Shown here piece after piece: positions 24,523 to 36,268 of a stretch of DNA of 64,000 nt (positions within the stretch are counted from its first letter, which is position 1; each line of letters opens with the position of its first letter). Location: the NCBI RefSeq assembly GCF_036321535.1, contig NC_087436.1:105898001-105962000 (forward strand), in the 5' to 3' direction. Made by a program: the position numbers and the translations under genes. The stretch comes from Camelus dromedarius (Eukaryota). The notes beneath the pieces are model-generated. The model was not told the DNA's origin, ran no database searches, and saw only the letters and a list, made by a program, of their open reading frames with translations.

Positions 24523-25060
24523 GTAAGGTCTGATTCAAGTGTCCTACCAGCAGGATCCCACAGGCAGAAAGGGGCAGGGGAATACAAATCTGAAAGGGAA
24601 ATGAAAGGACACAGAGAAACAATTAGGTTGTTGAAAGACAGAATAAATCAGAGCTAGAAGAAGAGCTTAAGGGCAGGGGAAGTGGGTCAGGAGCACCTAT
24701 GAGGGGTGGGACATGCATGTGACTATAGGTGCCAGGCAGGGAGGGACATGCACCGAGTGCCCTGAGTGGGTGATGGTGTCCTTGTCAGTTTGTCGCAGTC
24801 CCCACCATTCCGCAATGTATCTCTGACAAACGAGTAATGAGTGTTTATGAGAAACAGGAATTTTTATGTTGTTTCAAATCTCCACTTGACATTGTGTTAG
24901 TTAGCTTGGGAATGCTGAGGACACCAAACCAGAAAATTCTCTGCTTCTCCAGAGGAGACAGCAGCTCCTTAGATCTCATCGATTGTTGCCAGGTAGGGAT
25001 GCGTGTAGAGTGATGAGCTCTGAGTTTTCAACAAAAGTAGGTGTTCCAAGCTTGATTGCT

Positions 25061-25061
25061 T

Positions 25062-25118
<57 letters not shown>

Positions 25119-25122
25119 TGTG
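25061..25122. repeat. (TG)n microsatellite
   Basis: Perfect TG run ~25067-25115. Confidence 0.95.
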
Positions 25123-25172
25123 ACATCACCTGATTTTTAAATGTTGGCAACAAAACTTAAAAATTTAAAGCT

Positions 25173-25496
25173 GGGGGAGGGGGTATAGCTCATTGTAGAG
25201 CACATGCTTAGCATGCATGAGGTCCTGGGTTCAATCCCTGATATCTCCATTAAATTGGGAATTCGAGAGTTGCAGATACTAACTACTATATATGAAACAG
25301 ATAAACAGCAAGTTTCTATTGTATAGCACACTGAACTATATTCAATATCTTATAGTAACTTACAATGAAAAAGCATATGAAAACGGACATATGTACATAT
25401 ACATGACTGAAACATGATGCTGTACACCAAAATTGACACAACATTATAAACTGACTATACTTCAATAAAAAAGAATGCAAAACAAAGTAAAAAAAT
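25173..25496 (+). mobile_element. Chimeric retro-insertion: tRNA(Ala)-SINE head fused to L1 3'UTR
   Basis: SINE head 25173-~25250 runs directly into taaattgggaattcgag...ctatacttcaataaaaaa; flanks aatttaaagct (25162-25172) and aatttaaagtt (25497-25507). Confidence 0.75.
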
Positions 25497-28156
25497 AATT
25501 TAAAGTTAATCAATGCTATCAAATGCATCTGTGAGATGAATGTGTTTGGGGCTGGTAATTTCTGACTTGTGGCCTGTGCCAAGTATCAGGTGGCTGACTC
25601 ACTCCTCAGCCTGGCCCCACCAGGTGGGTCCTGCTCTTCCCTTTCACAGGATTTAAAAGAAACTGACAATTAGCTTGGAAGCACGTGGAATTCAGCAAAT
25701 CTCTCCTGGGTCTTCCTATGTGCTAAGTGCCATGTTGTTTCCTATGGAAAGATGTGCAGAAGTTCCTGCCTGAGGACGCTACTGGTCTACCTTGGGATAT
25801 ACTGGAACAATGTATGAGAAGTTCACCACCACGATATTTAAACAACAGTTTAGAGCAACAGTAGCAGGCCTCCTAGAATTAACTATCAAATGAATCACAC
25901 AGATAATCATTGTTCTAGGAACCCCTGGGGGAGAGAGACCTCTCTTTGGATTTGCTGTAGGGCAAGAGATCTGAACAGGGATCAGAAGATTAGGAATGTT
26001 CTCCAAAGCAGGTTGGATAAGGAGGAGAGACGGTCAGAGTGAGAGACGGAGGCAGCTCCTCTCGTGGAAGAATTCCTTCTGGGGAAAACATCTCCATGGA
26101 GGTATGGCCCAGAAAGTTGGGTCACTTGGCCATGCCTGGTTGGTAAATTAATAGCAGATCTAGCCTTAGAACTCCAGGGGCTGTTTGAGTAAATGGATCA
26201 TTTTACTGGGCTCTGTCTTGGAACTTTGATGGGAAAGATCAGAGCAGTTTTAACAGGGGTCTCTACAGAGTGACCGCAGGGTCCTTATGCCTGTTGATGC
26301 GAAGCTATCTGATGCTGTCTTGGAATGTTTCCTGTTTTCTTCTGGAAACATTTTTTATTTTTCATGTGAAAGCAGTTGTGAGAACACCCAGATGGTGGCC
26401 ATATCGCCCCTAGGTGTGAGTGTCTGCCTGATACCAGCTGACCGTTTATAAATACGCATTGGAGGCCCCTTTAATGACTTCTCGCCTGGAACTGGGAAGG
26501 AGTCAAGAAGAAAACAGGAAGAAGTTACAGCAAGTACAGAGAATGGAAGGGAGCACACAGACTACTTCTAACCCAAGGAGTCCTGGCTGGTCTGCAGAGT
26601 AGTGATTTTCAAACCAGATTTATTGACTACAGATCCCTTTTTTCAGTTAAAATTCTCACTCAGAAATCCCCCAGTTAAAACAGATGAAGGTGGTCCTCAC
26701 AAGTCCTCTGTACCGAAGTCTTCCCTTAGGGGCTGCATTTAGCCCCAGGAGGTGGGAATCCATCATGGGAGAAGTTCTCTCAAAGAATGAGGAGGATGGA
26801 TATGAATCAGAGATGGAGGGTGAGTGTTGAGGGGAAGGACAGTATTCTAGGCTGTTCTTTCTAAGCTGCTGGGCATTTACCCAGGTGTTGAGGGCAGTGG
26901 GAAAAGGGAAGAAGATACTAGAATTTCAGTGTCTTTTTATTTTGTGTCTCATCCTCTTCAAGTTCTTTTGGTTCATCCATTGTAATGTGTATAATATATT
27001 AGTGCAGAAGAAGTAATTTATAATTAAACTATATCACATTTTACTATAAATTCAATGCATTCTGGGGATTTGTGCTCAATTTTATTTTTTATTTTATTAA
27101 TGAGGCACAGGATCAAAACAATGTTTGGAGACTACAGTTCTGGCCTGTGAGTTTCAACCTGTAGTATTTCAATTCTTTCCTGCTAAAGGACCTAGGTCCC
27201 ACCATGAAAGAAACAGAAAACCCAGCTTTTCCAAGAAGAGCATTGAATTGCTCACAGGCATTCTGCAATTTGTCATTTATGGCAGGTTTTGAGGACATCA
27301 ACATGGTAGTGGTATTTTTTGAGAGGAAATTTATATCGTTATAGCTCCAAAACACATCACAAACAGAAACAATAATTTCATTAGCAGCCGAAAATTGTAG
27401 GAATGCTGTTGAATATAAATTTCACTGCTACGGTAATTCTAAAACACAAGTAGGATGAATTAAAAATTGCAGCAGGATCATTGGGAGTAAACTTTCTTGC
27501 CATGAGTAAGGCTCAACTGGGAGGATTGATGGGGACTGGAACTTTGGGTGCTTGTTTTCAGCCAGTTGTATGGGTTGTTATCAGTAGGAACATAGGTTTT
27601 TCCCTCCAGGATCATACCCTCATCTCTGGTGGAAAATCCCTACTCCAGAGAGAATGGGATAATGCTCTTCTCCCTTCACCCCAACCCCAACTCACATCTG
27701 TTTCTTACTTAGTCTTTTATTATCTCAGTAATTCTATCTTGCTGCTTAGGCTGAAATCCAAGAATTGTCCTCTCTTTCCCTGTTCCTCCACATCAAAGCC
27801 ATCACCAAGTGCGGTCAATTCTGCTTCCGAGTCAGTCTGTTCCTTCCGTCTTCTCTGCCATCCCCTGGTCCGATCCTGGACTGCCAGTGTCCTCCTCCTG
27901 GATCTGCCCACCTTCTGTGTTGCTCCCATCTAACTAGTTCATGACCAAGGACCAGAGTGAACATTGCTATATGGTCATTGGATCAACCACCTTCCAGTTA
28001 AATGTCTCTTGTGGCTTTCCCTTATTTACAGATTTAAACCCAAACTCCTCATCATGGTCTTCAAAGTCCTGCAGGATGTCCAGCCTCCTCTCCTGCAGTT
28101 CTCTCCCTGGGTCAATATGTCTAACTACTCACGTCTGTCTTCTGATTCTTAGACGC

Positions 28157-28531
28157 TGCTCTGGCCTGAATTGGGTCCCCTCACCTCCTGCCCAAACTCG
28201 TATGTTGAAGCTCTAAATCACAACATGTGATGGCGCCTTTGGGAGATAATCAAGATTAGATGAAGTCATGTGAGTGGGGTCCTTGAGATGGAATTAGTGC
28301 CCTTATATAGAGAGACACCAGAGAGCCTGCTCTCCCTCTCTCTCTGCCATGTGAGGACATAACCAGAAGATGGCCTGCTGAGAGCCAGGAAGAGCACTTC
28401 CACCAGAAACTGAATCAGGCAACACCTTGCTTTTGGACTTCCCAGCCTCCAAAACTGTGATAAATAAATGCCCGTTGTTTAAGTCTCTCAGTCTGCAGTA
28501 TTTGTCATGGCAGCCTGAGCTAACTCAGACA
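28157..28531 (+). mobile_element. MaLR solo LTR (MLT1A-like)
   Basis: TG...CA ends, attagtgcccttat, ggacttcccagcctccaaaactgtgataaataaa; flanks gacgc/gacac fit a 5-bp TSD. Confidence 0.88.
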
Positions 28532-28700
28532 GACACCAAGTGCTTGCCAGCCCTGGGGCCTTCTTGTTCCCTCAGCTCTGAGCTGGCTGTGTCCATCAGG
28601 TCCTCTCTGTCCCTGGAGAGCTCCTCCCTGACCATCCCAGCTAAAGCGGCCGCTCTGGGCCTCTGTTACTGTCCATCTCCACACCAGACCTGTGGCCTCC

Positions 28701-28719
28701 AGTCCTCCAGGGGGCGCTG
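28701..28719 (+). promoter_or_regulatory. CTCF-binding motif
   Basis: AGTCCTCCAGGGGGCGCTG against consensus TGGCCACCAGGGGGCGCTA; CpG retained. Confidence 0.6.
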
Positions 28720-31700
28720 GTCACACAGAATATGGGGCAAGAGGTGGCCCCTGAAGCTGTGCTGTGATGCAGTCCTTCCATATCTCCCTTCTTTCTTTCA
28801 CAGACATTGTCCCAATCTGATGTCACCTCATGCATTTGTTTATCATTTATTGCTTTGATAAACAAAAGCCCGGTCTTTTAATAGAGGAAACTCTTATAAC
28901 TTTCAGGTTTGTAGTTCTACATCTGAGGGGGGAGATAAACACCATCACACACTGGCTAACAAAATACCTGTGTTCACGTTTGTCTGTCCAGTTCACCAGG
29001 CAGGTCAGGGCAGACACGCTCTGGGGTGGCAAAGAGGTGTCAGCTCGTCTGCCACCTCTGCTCACCTGTGAGAGCTGCATGGAGCCGCATTGCCAAGCCC
29101 CACTGGCACCTGAGTCAGAGGTGGGCATCAGTCTGGGTCACAGATCTAAGTGCTGGTGCTATGATGGGACTAGTGGCCCTCCTTAGTGTAGGGGAGAAAC
29201 AGTGATGTAAGTGAGATTTGAGGAAAAAACAGGAGTTCAAGAGGAAACAGCTTGTCCAAAGACTCAGCGTGGGGAAGGGCCTGGCCTGTGTACAGAAATG
29301 AACACATGCCGGGGTGGCCGCAGCACAGAGCATTCCTTTGTGTAATTCATGTTGTCATTTTTACCGTGGTCAGCCACTCTGCTGGCTCTGGGTGCTGTAG
29401 GGAGGTGGAGATCCAGAAGGTTCACTGGCCTACTCATGCCACCTGCAGGAAGGACCGTTCTGCCTTCAAAGGCAGGAGCTGAGTTCCAGGTCTGAGGCGG
29501 TACTTCTAGAGAAGGTTCCAGTGCGGAGCAGGAGCAAGACAGCTTCTCAGTAAGGGTGAGGGAAGAGGGCAAAGAGTTAAACCCAGAAGCGCCAACCGTA
29601 GGATGGACAGTGGATAAACAAGAAGGGACATTTCTGTGTCACCAGCCATATTTCTTTGGAAATCAGAATTGTTTTTTCCAGAAATAACTTCAGTATTCAG
29701 CAAGATAAGGTCCAGAGCTATAAAACAACCCGTGCTGAGAAAATTCCCTGGTGAGTTAGCATTTCTGAGCAGACTGTACAGGCAGCTCTCACAGGCTCTG
29801 CCCGTTTCCCCCACATCATTGTTGAGTTTTGGGGGTATCTTAAAAGTTTCAACTGCTAACCAGTTTCCATGGGCCTGTTGTCAGTGGGCAAAAATTAGGT
29901 GAGAGGGAGAGTTAAACTGATGAACTTGAAAAATAATTTGAAAAAGGCATTGAGGGGGAATGGGCGTCGATGAGCATTTTGGTTTTGGCCAAGGTCACAG
30001 AACAGGTGCAAAAGGGCCGCTGAGTCTGTCCCTCAGCCACAGGGTTCCCAAGCCCGGCGTGACCTCAGAGAGCGTGTGTTTCCAAGCTCTTCTCTGAGAT
30101 GCAGTGCAGTGAGGGTTTGTCATGCAAACATCATTCGTGGCAGCTGATAGAGCCTGAAAACTTTCCCAGAGTCCCCTGGAAGAGAACAGCTTTCCACGGC
30201 CTTTTGCATTTGAACTAGTGACCTGGAGGTGAGAAATCCCGTATTCCATTACCGACTGCTTCAGCTCTCCCGGGCACCCTGAGGTAGCCGTGACACCTAG
30301 AGTCGTGTGGCATGCTGCACTGGCTTGTGATGAAGAACTACACTGGAATGAAAGTGAGTCTTCCAGGCGAATCCCACAAGGCCAGCTTAGCAATTAACAG
30401 CTTGGACTTTCCTGCGAGGGGGGTGCTGCCGGAAGTGTCGTTCTTGCCAAACTGTTCAAAATCCCGAAAGAGGGGTGGTGAGTTCCTAGCAAAGCCCCTC
30501 TCTGTAGTCTGTTGTTTATGCTTCTCATTAGCTTAAGTGCTTGCTTTGGCTTTCTTTCCTTTTTTGAGGGGTGGGGGAGAGCAGTTCTCATCAGTGCCCT
30601 GCGAGGAATTGGAGGGACTCAAGCGAAGATTCAGAGCCACTCGGAGGCCAAAAGGATGTTTTGACAGTGATGGTGAGAATAGCAATCAACAGGTCCTCCT
30701 CCCCATCCAGGGTCTTCTGAGGGTGGGAGAAGGCTGTCATTATGGAGGCCAGAGAGGTTTGGTGTCATTTTGTTAATAAAGGCTTTATAAGAACCAGGAG
30801 AACACCATCTGGTCCTGGGGCTCTGCCAGGTTGAGGAGACTTTAATAGCTTCTTGAGTTTCAGCAGTAAAAATTGGGCTATCCAGGGAACAGAATGTGTG
30901 CTCAGGAATGGGAGGAGTTTGAGCTTCTTTAAAAAGTGAGGGGGTCCTAGGCTTACCTTCTGTGCTGGCACAGGAGAGGGATGGGCTGTGTGGCCAGAGC
31001 AGCTGCTCCAGTGATGCAAAAAGGGATAATTTATGGCTGCAGCTTAGCATCCCAGGTGACCCCGTTGTCTGGGATCCGTGAAGCAACAGGAGGAGGAGAC
31101 GCGTTATGTAAAAGGCTGCCGAATAATCCTTTAGGCAAGAGACCTCATTCATAAACTCAATGCTTGCAGAAGGGAGCATTTAAGGTGAGGGTTGATATGT
31201 CCCTTTTGCTGTTGATGGTAATTAGCATTGGTTAAAGGAGATGTCGATTATTTTAGTTTATGAAACTTGTAGGCCAAACCAAAACCCAGTGACCTGTTTC
31301 TTGAAGTAAACTGTCAAAGAGTTGACACTAACCCTCCAGAGAATTGCTTGCCCCCCAAGCCCCAGAACGAAGGAAGATAATATTTATTCATGGTATTAAA
31401 ATTTTTAAATTAAGTCATTCAGTAGCTGCCTCTTGAGAAAGAAATAAAAATGTATAGGGACTGGTTAGAAATGCTGCTATAGATGAAGACTATGGAGGCA
31501 ATTAATATTGAGGAAAAAGTCAATCTAGCAAGGTAAGAAACTGAAATATTTATATAAAAAGTAAAAAAAAAATCCCATTAGCTATTACCCAGGTGGACAT
31601 ATCTCCATGTAATTATGGAGCCCGCTAACAAAAGCAGATTTCTCTCCCCTTGGTTCCATCTCTCAGGCGTTAGTTAGCAGTTCTTTTCATGGGGAAGTAA

Positions 31701-32509
31701 TTTAAATAGATACTGACTGAGTTAAGGGTCTGCTATGTAAATCGTCCTTATTCTATAGGTCAAAAATGTGACTCCCGTGGGGCAAGGGAAATAGGTAGAG
31801 AGAAGGCGACTCCAGGTGCCTAGTAGGTATTCTGTGTCCTCACTCAACTGCATTAAAAAAGATGGTACAGGTCTTGTTTGGGAGGACAGCAAAGCGGGGA
31901 CCTCAGTAGTGCTTAGAGGTTGGCAAAATTCGTCCAAATAAACTGTCCTCTTTGGGCTCCATCACAAGTCAGTGAAACTAAAACAGTAGTCTGACCCACT
32001 GGCATTGGTAGGAAGCTCAGAGGTGTGATGACACGCTCAGGATCCGGCAGCCTTGAAGGGACAGTGGGACTAAATTGGAGGCTACTTGTTCTTATTGGCA
32101 GAGAAGGAGGGTAGGCTTTCTTCCAGGACAGCCCTCACTAGACCACATTCTGGATGCGTGCTGAACCTAGTTTTCTTTCTGCTTCTGCTCTGGGGCGTCA
32201 CTCCAGGGAGCTCCATGACCTTGCTGATGGGCACCGCTGTAATGTTATGGTTTCCAGATTTGGTTAGATCTTCAGTACTTGACATCTGCTTGCTTTCACC
32301 TGTTAGCCACCTTTGGATTCCCCATGGCTGCCCATTCAGAATAAGCTATTTGTCACCTTATGCAGATTTTGCAGGTGATCTTGCCTCATCTTTCACGAAA
32401 GGAAAAAGAATCCATCCTCAGTTGTGGATTCCTTCATTTTCCTTGCATATACCTGAACATTTACCTGTGGCAACTCACTCATTCTCCTCTCTTTTTTAAA
32501 GTCAACTTC

Positions 32510-32868
32510 TGCTATGGTCTGAATGTTTGTGTCCCCTCAAAACTCAGGTTGAAATCCTACAACCATGTGATAGTATGAGGATGTGGGGACTTTAGGAGAT
32601 GATTCAGTCATGAGGGTGGAGCCCTCTTGAATGGGATTAGTGCCCTTGTACTGAAGACCCCAGAGAGCGCCCTTGCTCCTCCTACCACGTGAGGTCACAG
32701 TTAGAAGGTTCTGTCTGTGAGCCAGAAAGTGGGCTCTCACCCGACACTGAAACTGCTGGTGACTTGATCTGAAACTTTCCAGACTTCGGAACTGTGTGAG
32801 ATAAATTTCTGTTGTTTATAAGACACCCAGATCATGGTGCTTTGTTACAGCAGCTGGAACGGACTGAC
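32510..32868 (+). mobile_element. MaLR solo LTR (MLT1A0-like)
   Basis: tgctatggtctgaatgtttgtgtcccc...catgagggtggagccctc...aatgggattagtgccctt...ataaatttctgttgtttataag. Confidence 0.9.
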
Positions 32869-32869
32869 T

Positions 32870-34090
32870 TGTATGCTAGACTCCCTCACCCCTTCCATCT
32901 TCCCCACTACCTTATTCCATTTCTTTCCCCCATTTTTATCTTCAGTGTCTTTCCTCTGGATTGCTCACCTCAGTCTGTGCATGACCTCAGGCGGCTCCAC
33001 CTCTCTTCTCCCAAATTAACCTTCTCCTGACATTGCCTTCTATTCCCTTGCAATTAGTGCCTTCACCCCCAGTTTCTTTGAAGCCATAACAATTCAGCTT
33101 TTATCCCAATGCTTTATTAAAATGACTCTTACTAAGGTTACCAATGACCTAATTTTCAAAACTAATGACCTATTTTCAGTCTTCTTCTTTCTTGATCCTT
33201 TTAAGCAATTGCTTGAGTTGACAGCTTCCATACTTTGTAACAATTTCCTGCCTTGGCTTGCATTCCCTTCTTTATTCAATATTCACTCATTCAACAAATA
33301 TTTATTGAATCCTACTGTGTGCTGAAGGCACTCTTTTAGGTTCTGGAGATACAGAAGTGTATCATATTGTAGTGAAGAAGGCAATAAATAAATACAGAAG
33401 TGAATATAGAGTATCATGCTGGATAATAATGAGGCTATGATGATGGCCAGCCTTCCATTGCTGGCCACTGATCTCTCTTCCAATGTCTGTGACGGCCTCT
33501 CTGGTTCTTTGCTTCCTCAGTGTGGTGTTCTCATGTCTCTTCTCCTTGTTGCTGTTTCCACATGACCCTCTAGGACAGCCCATCCACCCCAAGGTTTTAA
33601 TGACCGTATCTCCGCTAATTACATCTATATCTCGTATTTCCATCTCCAGACATATCTTTTGAAATTTGGAAGCATCTTTGCAGCCATTTACTGGAAATGT
33701 CCACTGGGAATGTTCTGTAGTCACCTCACATTTAGCAAGTCCAGACTGACAGCCTCCTGTCACCCCGGCCTGTTCTCTTTCTGTGTTCTCTATCTCAGTT
33801 AGTGTCGGCATCATCCCATCAGCCTCTCAGTCCAGAAGCTTTTCTCTTGTTCCTGCTGTAGTAAGTCACTCAGGGTAGTTGATTCTGTGATTCAAAGGCT
33901 CCAGAACTTTTGCCCTGCTTTTCATCTTCAGGGTCACTACCTTAGTTCAAACTCGGATCATGTCTCTTTTGGACTCCCACTTCTAGCAGGCTTCCCTAAT
34001 CCCAGTCCGCCTCTCCCCTGTCTGCCCAGATTATCACCCTAAATATACCTGATTTTGTCAGTTCCCAATTTAAAAACTCCCTGTGGCCTG
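32870..34090 (+). mobile_element. L2 LINE fragments, with an oppositely oriented L2 3' end at ~33270-33420
   Basis: aaggttaccaatgacctaa... (+); ttcactcattcaacaaatatttattgaatcctactgtgtgc (- L2 tail). Confidence 0.7.
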
Positions 34091-35348
34091 GAGCAGTGTT
34101 TAAAAACCTGTAGGATAAAACTGATGTGTGGCTCCTGAAGTCATTTTATGCGGTTTGCAACAAACATTCAAAAACAGGAAATAGAAACAGAATGAATTTC
34201 ACATAGAAAAGGTGAGTGTTGTTTTGGAAAACATGTGTTTCAGTTGCAAATCTGGTCAGGAAGCACTCGGTTGTGATGGAAAATGTGTATCGCATTTGGG
34301 CAGCACCAGAAAATTAAGAAAAAAAAATGTGGAGGCTTCTAGAGGATAATCTGAATTCTTTTGCTGGGCATAGAAAGCTTCTCTCCATCACACCTTAGTC
34401 TCCCTCTGTAGGTTCTTACACAGGGCCCATTGCGAGAAGATTGTCCTCAAGTCACATGTAAGAAAAAAACCTCACTATGGCGAGCAGGTCCGGTTCCGTC
34501 GACACCACGCCTTTGCCCACTCTGTCTCTGTGCTGCTCCCTGTCCCACAGGCAAACCACTCCTTGTTTGTTTTATGTCTTAGCTTCTGTGTCACCTCCCC
34601 ACCGCATGACTGTGGGCTCCCTTCCTCCGTGGGACCATCCCCAAGCATCCAGACCTTCCAGGGTGGCCCATGTCTCGTTGGAATGTGATTTACCTGTTGA
34701 TGTGTCCTGTTTCCCTTGCGAGGCCCTGTAGAGGCTGCATGTCAGGTCAATTCATCTTTGTATCTTTGGTACCTGGCCCGGGGCCTGGTACACAAAAGAG
34801 CTCCGGAGATGGGGAAACGCACGTGTTGACTGGTTTTACAGCAGTTATAAATATGTGTGTGTGTGTGTGTGTGTCTGTGTATGCACAGCTGCCTTTCAAG
34901 TTCTTTGACTACTTTTGTATATTTACCAACTCTGCCCAGTGCCCCCGAGGCCAGACCTGATCACAGATCTACTGTGCCTCTGTTCCAGGCTCAGTAGATG
35001 GAGATCTGCAGGGAAATTCCACATGCATTTTGTCAGGTCCAGCAGCAGTGTGACACTTGTCTCTGCCCTTGTGTTGGGTCTCTCTTCACTTATGAGATCA
35101 GTGTCTGATGGAGTTGGGTCCAATGTCAGTTTTGCTTGGATCTCACAAAGCCTGGATTACCCCATGGCCTGAGGCTCTGAAAATAAGGCATTTGTATAGG
35201 TAATGATAAGGAAGATACACCTTCATCTTTCAGCCCTGGAATGAATTTGGCTCACCACCACCACAGGATAGAGTTGGGGGAGATGTCGGTCTGACATGAA
35301 GTTTGTCTTTTTCCTGTTACATTATTTTACTCCTCAACAACTTACGAG

Positions 35349-35489
35349 TTTTTTGTTTGTTTGTTTGTTTTATGAGGGGAGGTAATTAGGTTTATTTATT
35401 TATTTATATTTGGAGGAGGTACTGGGGATTGAACCCAGGACCTCGTGCATGCTAGGTATGTGCTCTACCACTTGAGCTACACCCACCCC
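35349..35489 (-). mobile_element. tRNA(Ala)-derived camelid-type SINE
   Basis: ggaggtaattaggtttatt...ggaggtactggggattgaacccaggacctcgtgcatgctag...tgagctacacccacccc. Confidence 0.9.
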
Positions 35490-36058
35490 TCTATTTATGA
35501 ATATTTTTGTATTCATTTTAGAACTTGGGGCAGCCACCTCCTTGCAGCATGACTAGACAGTGTCCCAGAGTGTCCTTTATCTGGAGAGAATGCTTGGCCC
35601 TGGAACTGGACACACATCCGTCTTCGCCTTTACAACCTAGTCACTTGGGTGACTTTGGACAAATTCTTTGTAGTTTGTGGGTTTCGGTTTCACCCTGTGT
35701 TGAGTAAGGATGTAATACTTCCCTTCTGTTTTTTTTTTTTTTTTTTAAGATTACATAGGTTAAGCTGTGTTGGAGCCTGTGGCAAACTCACCAGATGTAG
35801 GCTTTTGAGGGCAAAGAGAAAGAACAGACAGTAGAACAAGAGAAGGGGAATGGGACACAGTGAGAGGGACAGAAAGAAGAAAACGGAAGAAGTGGGGACC
35901 CACGTGGGATGGGAAAGACTGGGTGCATCTCTCGGCTCTCTTGCTGCCACCTGTGTGCTTTGCGCTCCACCAGCACGGGTTGAGGCCCTTCTGTGTGCTC
36001 GCACCTGTGCTGGGAATGCTTGTGTGAGTCGGCGGACACCTGTTCTAAACTTCTAGAC

Positions 36059-36268
36059 CTGGGTTTCCCAACCTCAGCACTATTGACATTTGGGGCTGGA
36101 TAATTCTTTGTGTTGTGTGTGTGTGTGTGTGGCTTTTCCGTGTGTTTCTTGGCCTTTGCACACTAGATGCCAGGAATCACCACCCGCCGGTTCCCCCAGC
36201 TATGACAACCCAGAACGTCTCCAGACTGTCCCCTGGGGTAGCAAAATCACGCCCGTTGAGAACCACTG
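36059..36268 (+). mobile_element. MER20 hAT-Charlie MITE
   Basis: caacctcagcactattgacatttggggctggataattctttg...gttgagaaccactg; 8-bp flanks ttctagac/tcctagac match the hAT TSD pattern. Confidence 0.88.

Larger units (their letters stand above)
27650..28870 (+). mobile_element. L2 LINE fragments interrupted by an MLT1A LTR
   Basis: ccatcaccaagtgcggtcaattctgc...cccaaactcctcatcatggtcttcaaagtcctgc resemble L2. Confidence 0.6.

Noticed and set aside
24089..24657. ORFs of 177, 108 and 98 aa
   Set aside because: Low-complexity translations of the CT/GA tract.
34090..34340. Possible hAT/Charlie-type DNA transposon remnant (similar hints at ~26600-27160 and ~57000-57140)
   Set aside because: Too degraded to name or delimit reliably by eye.
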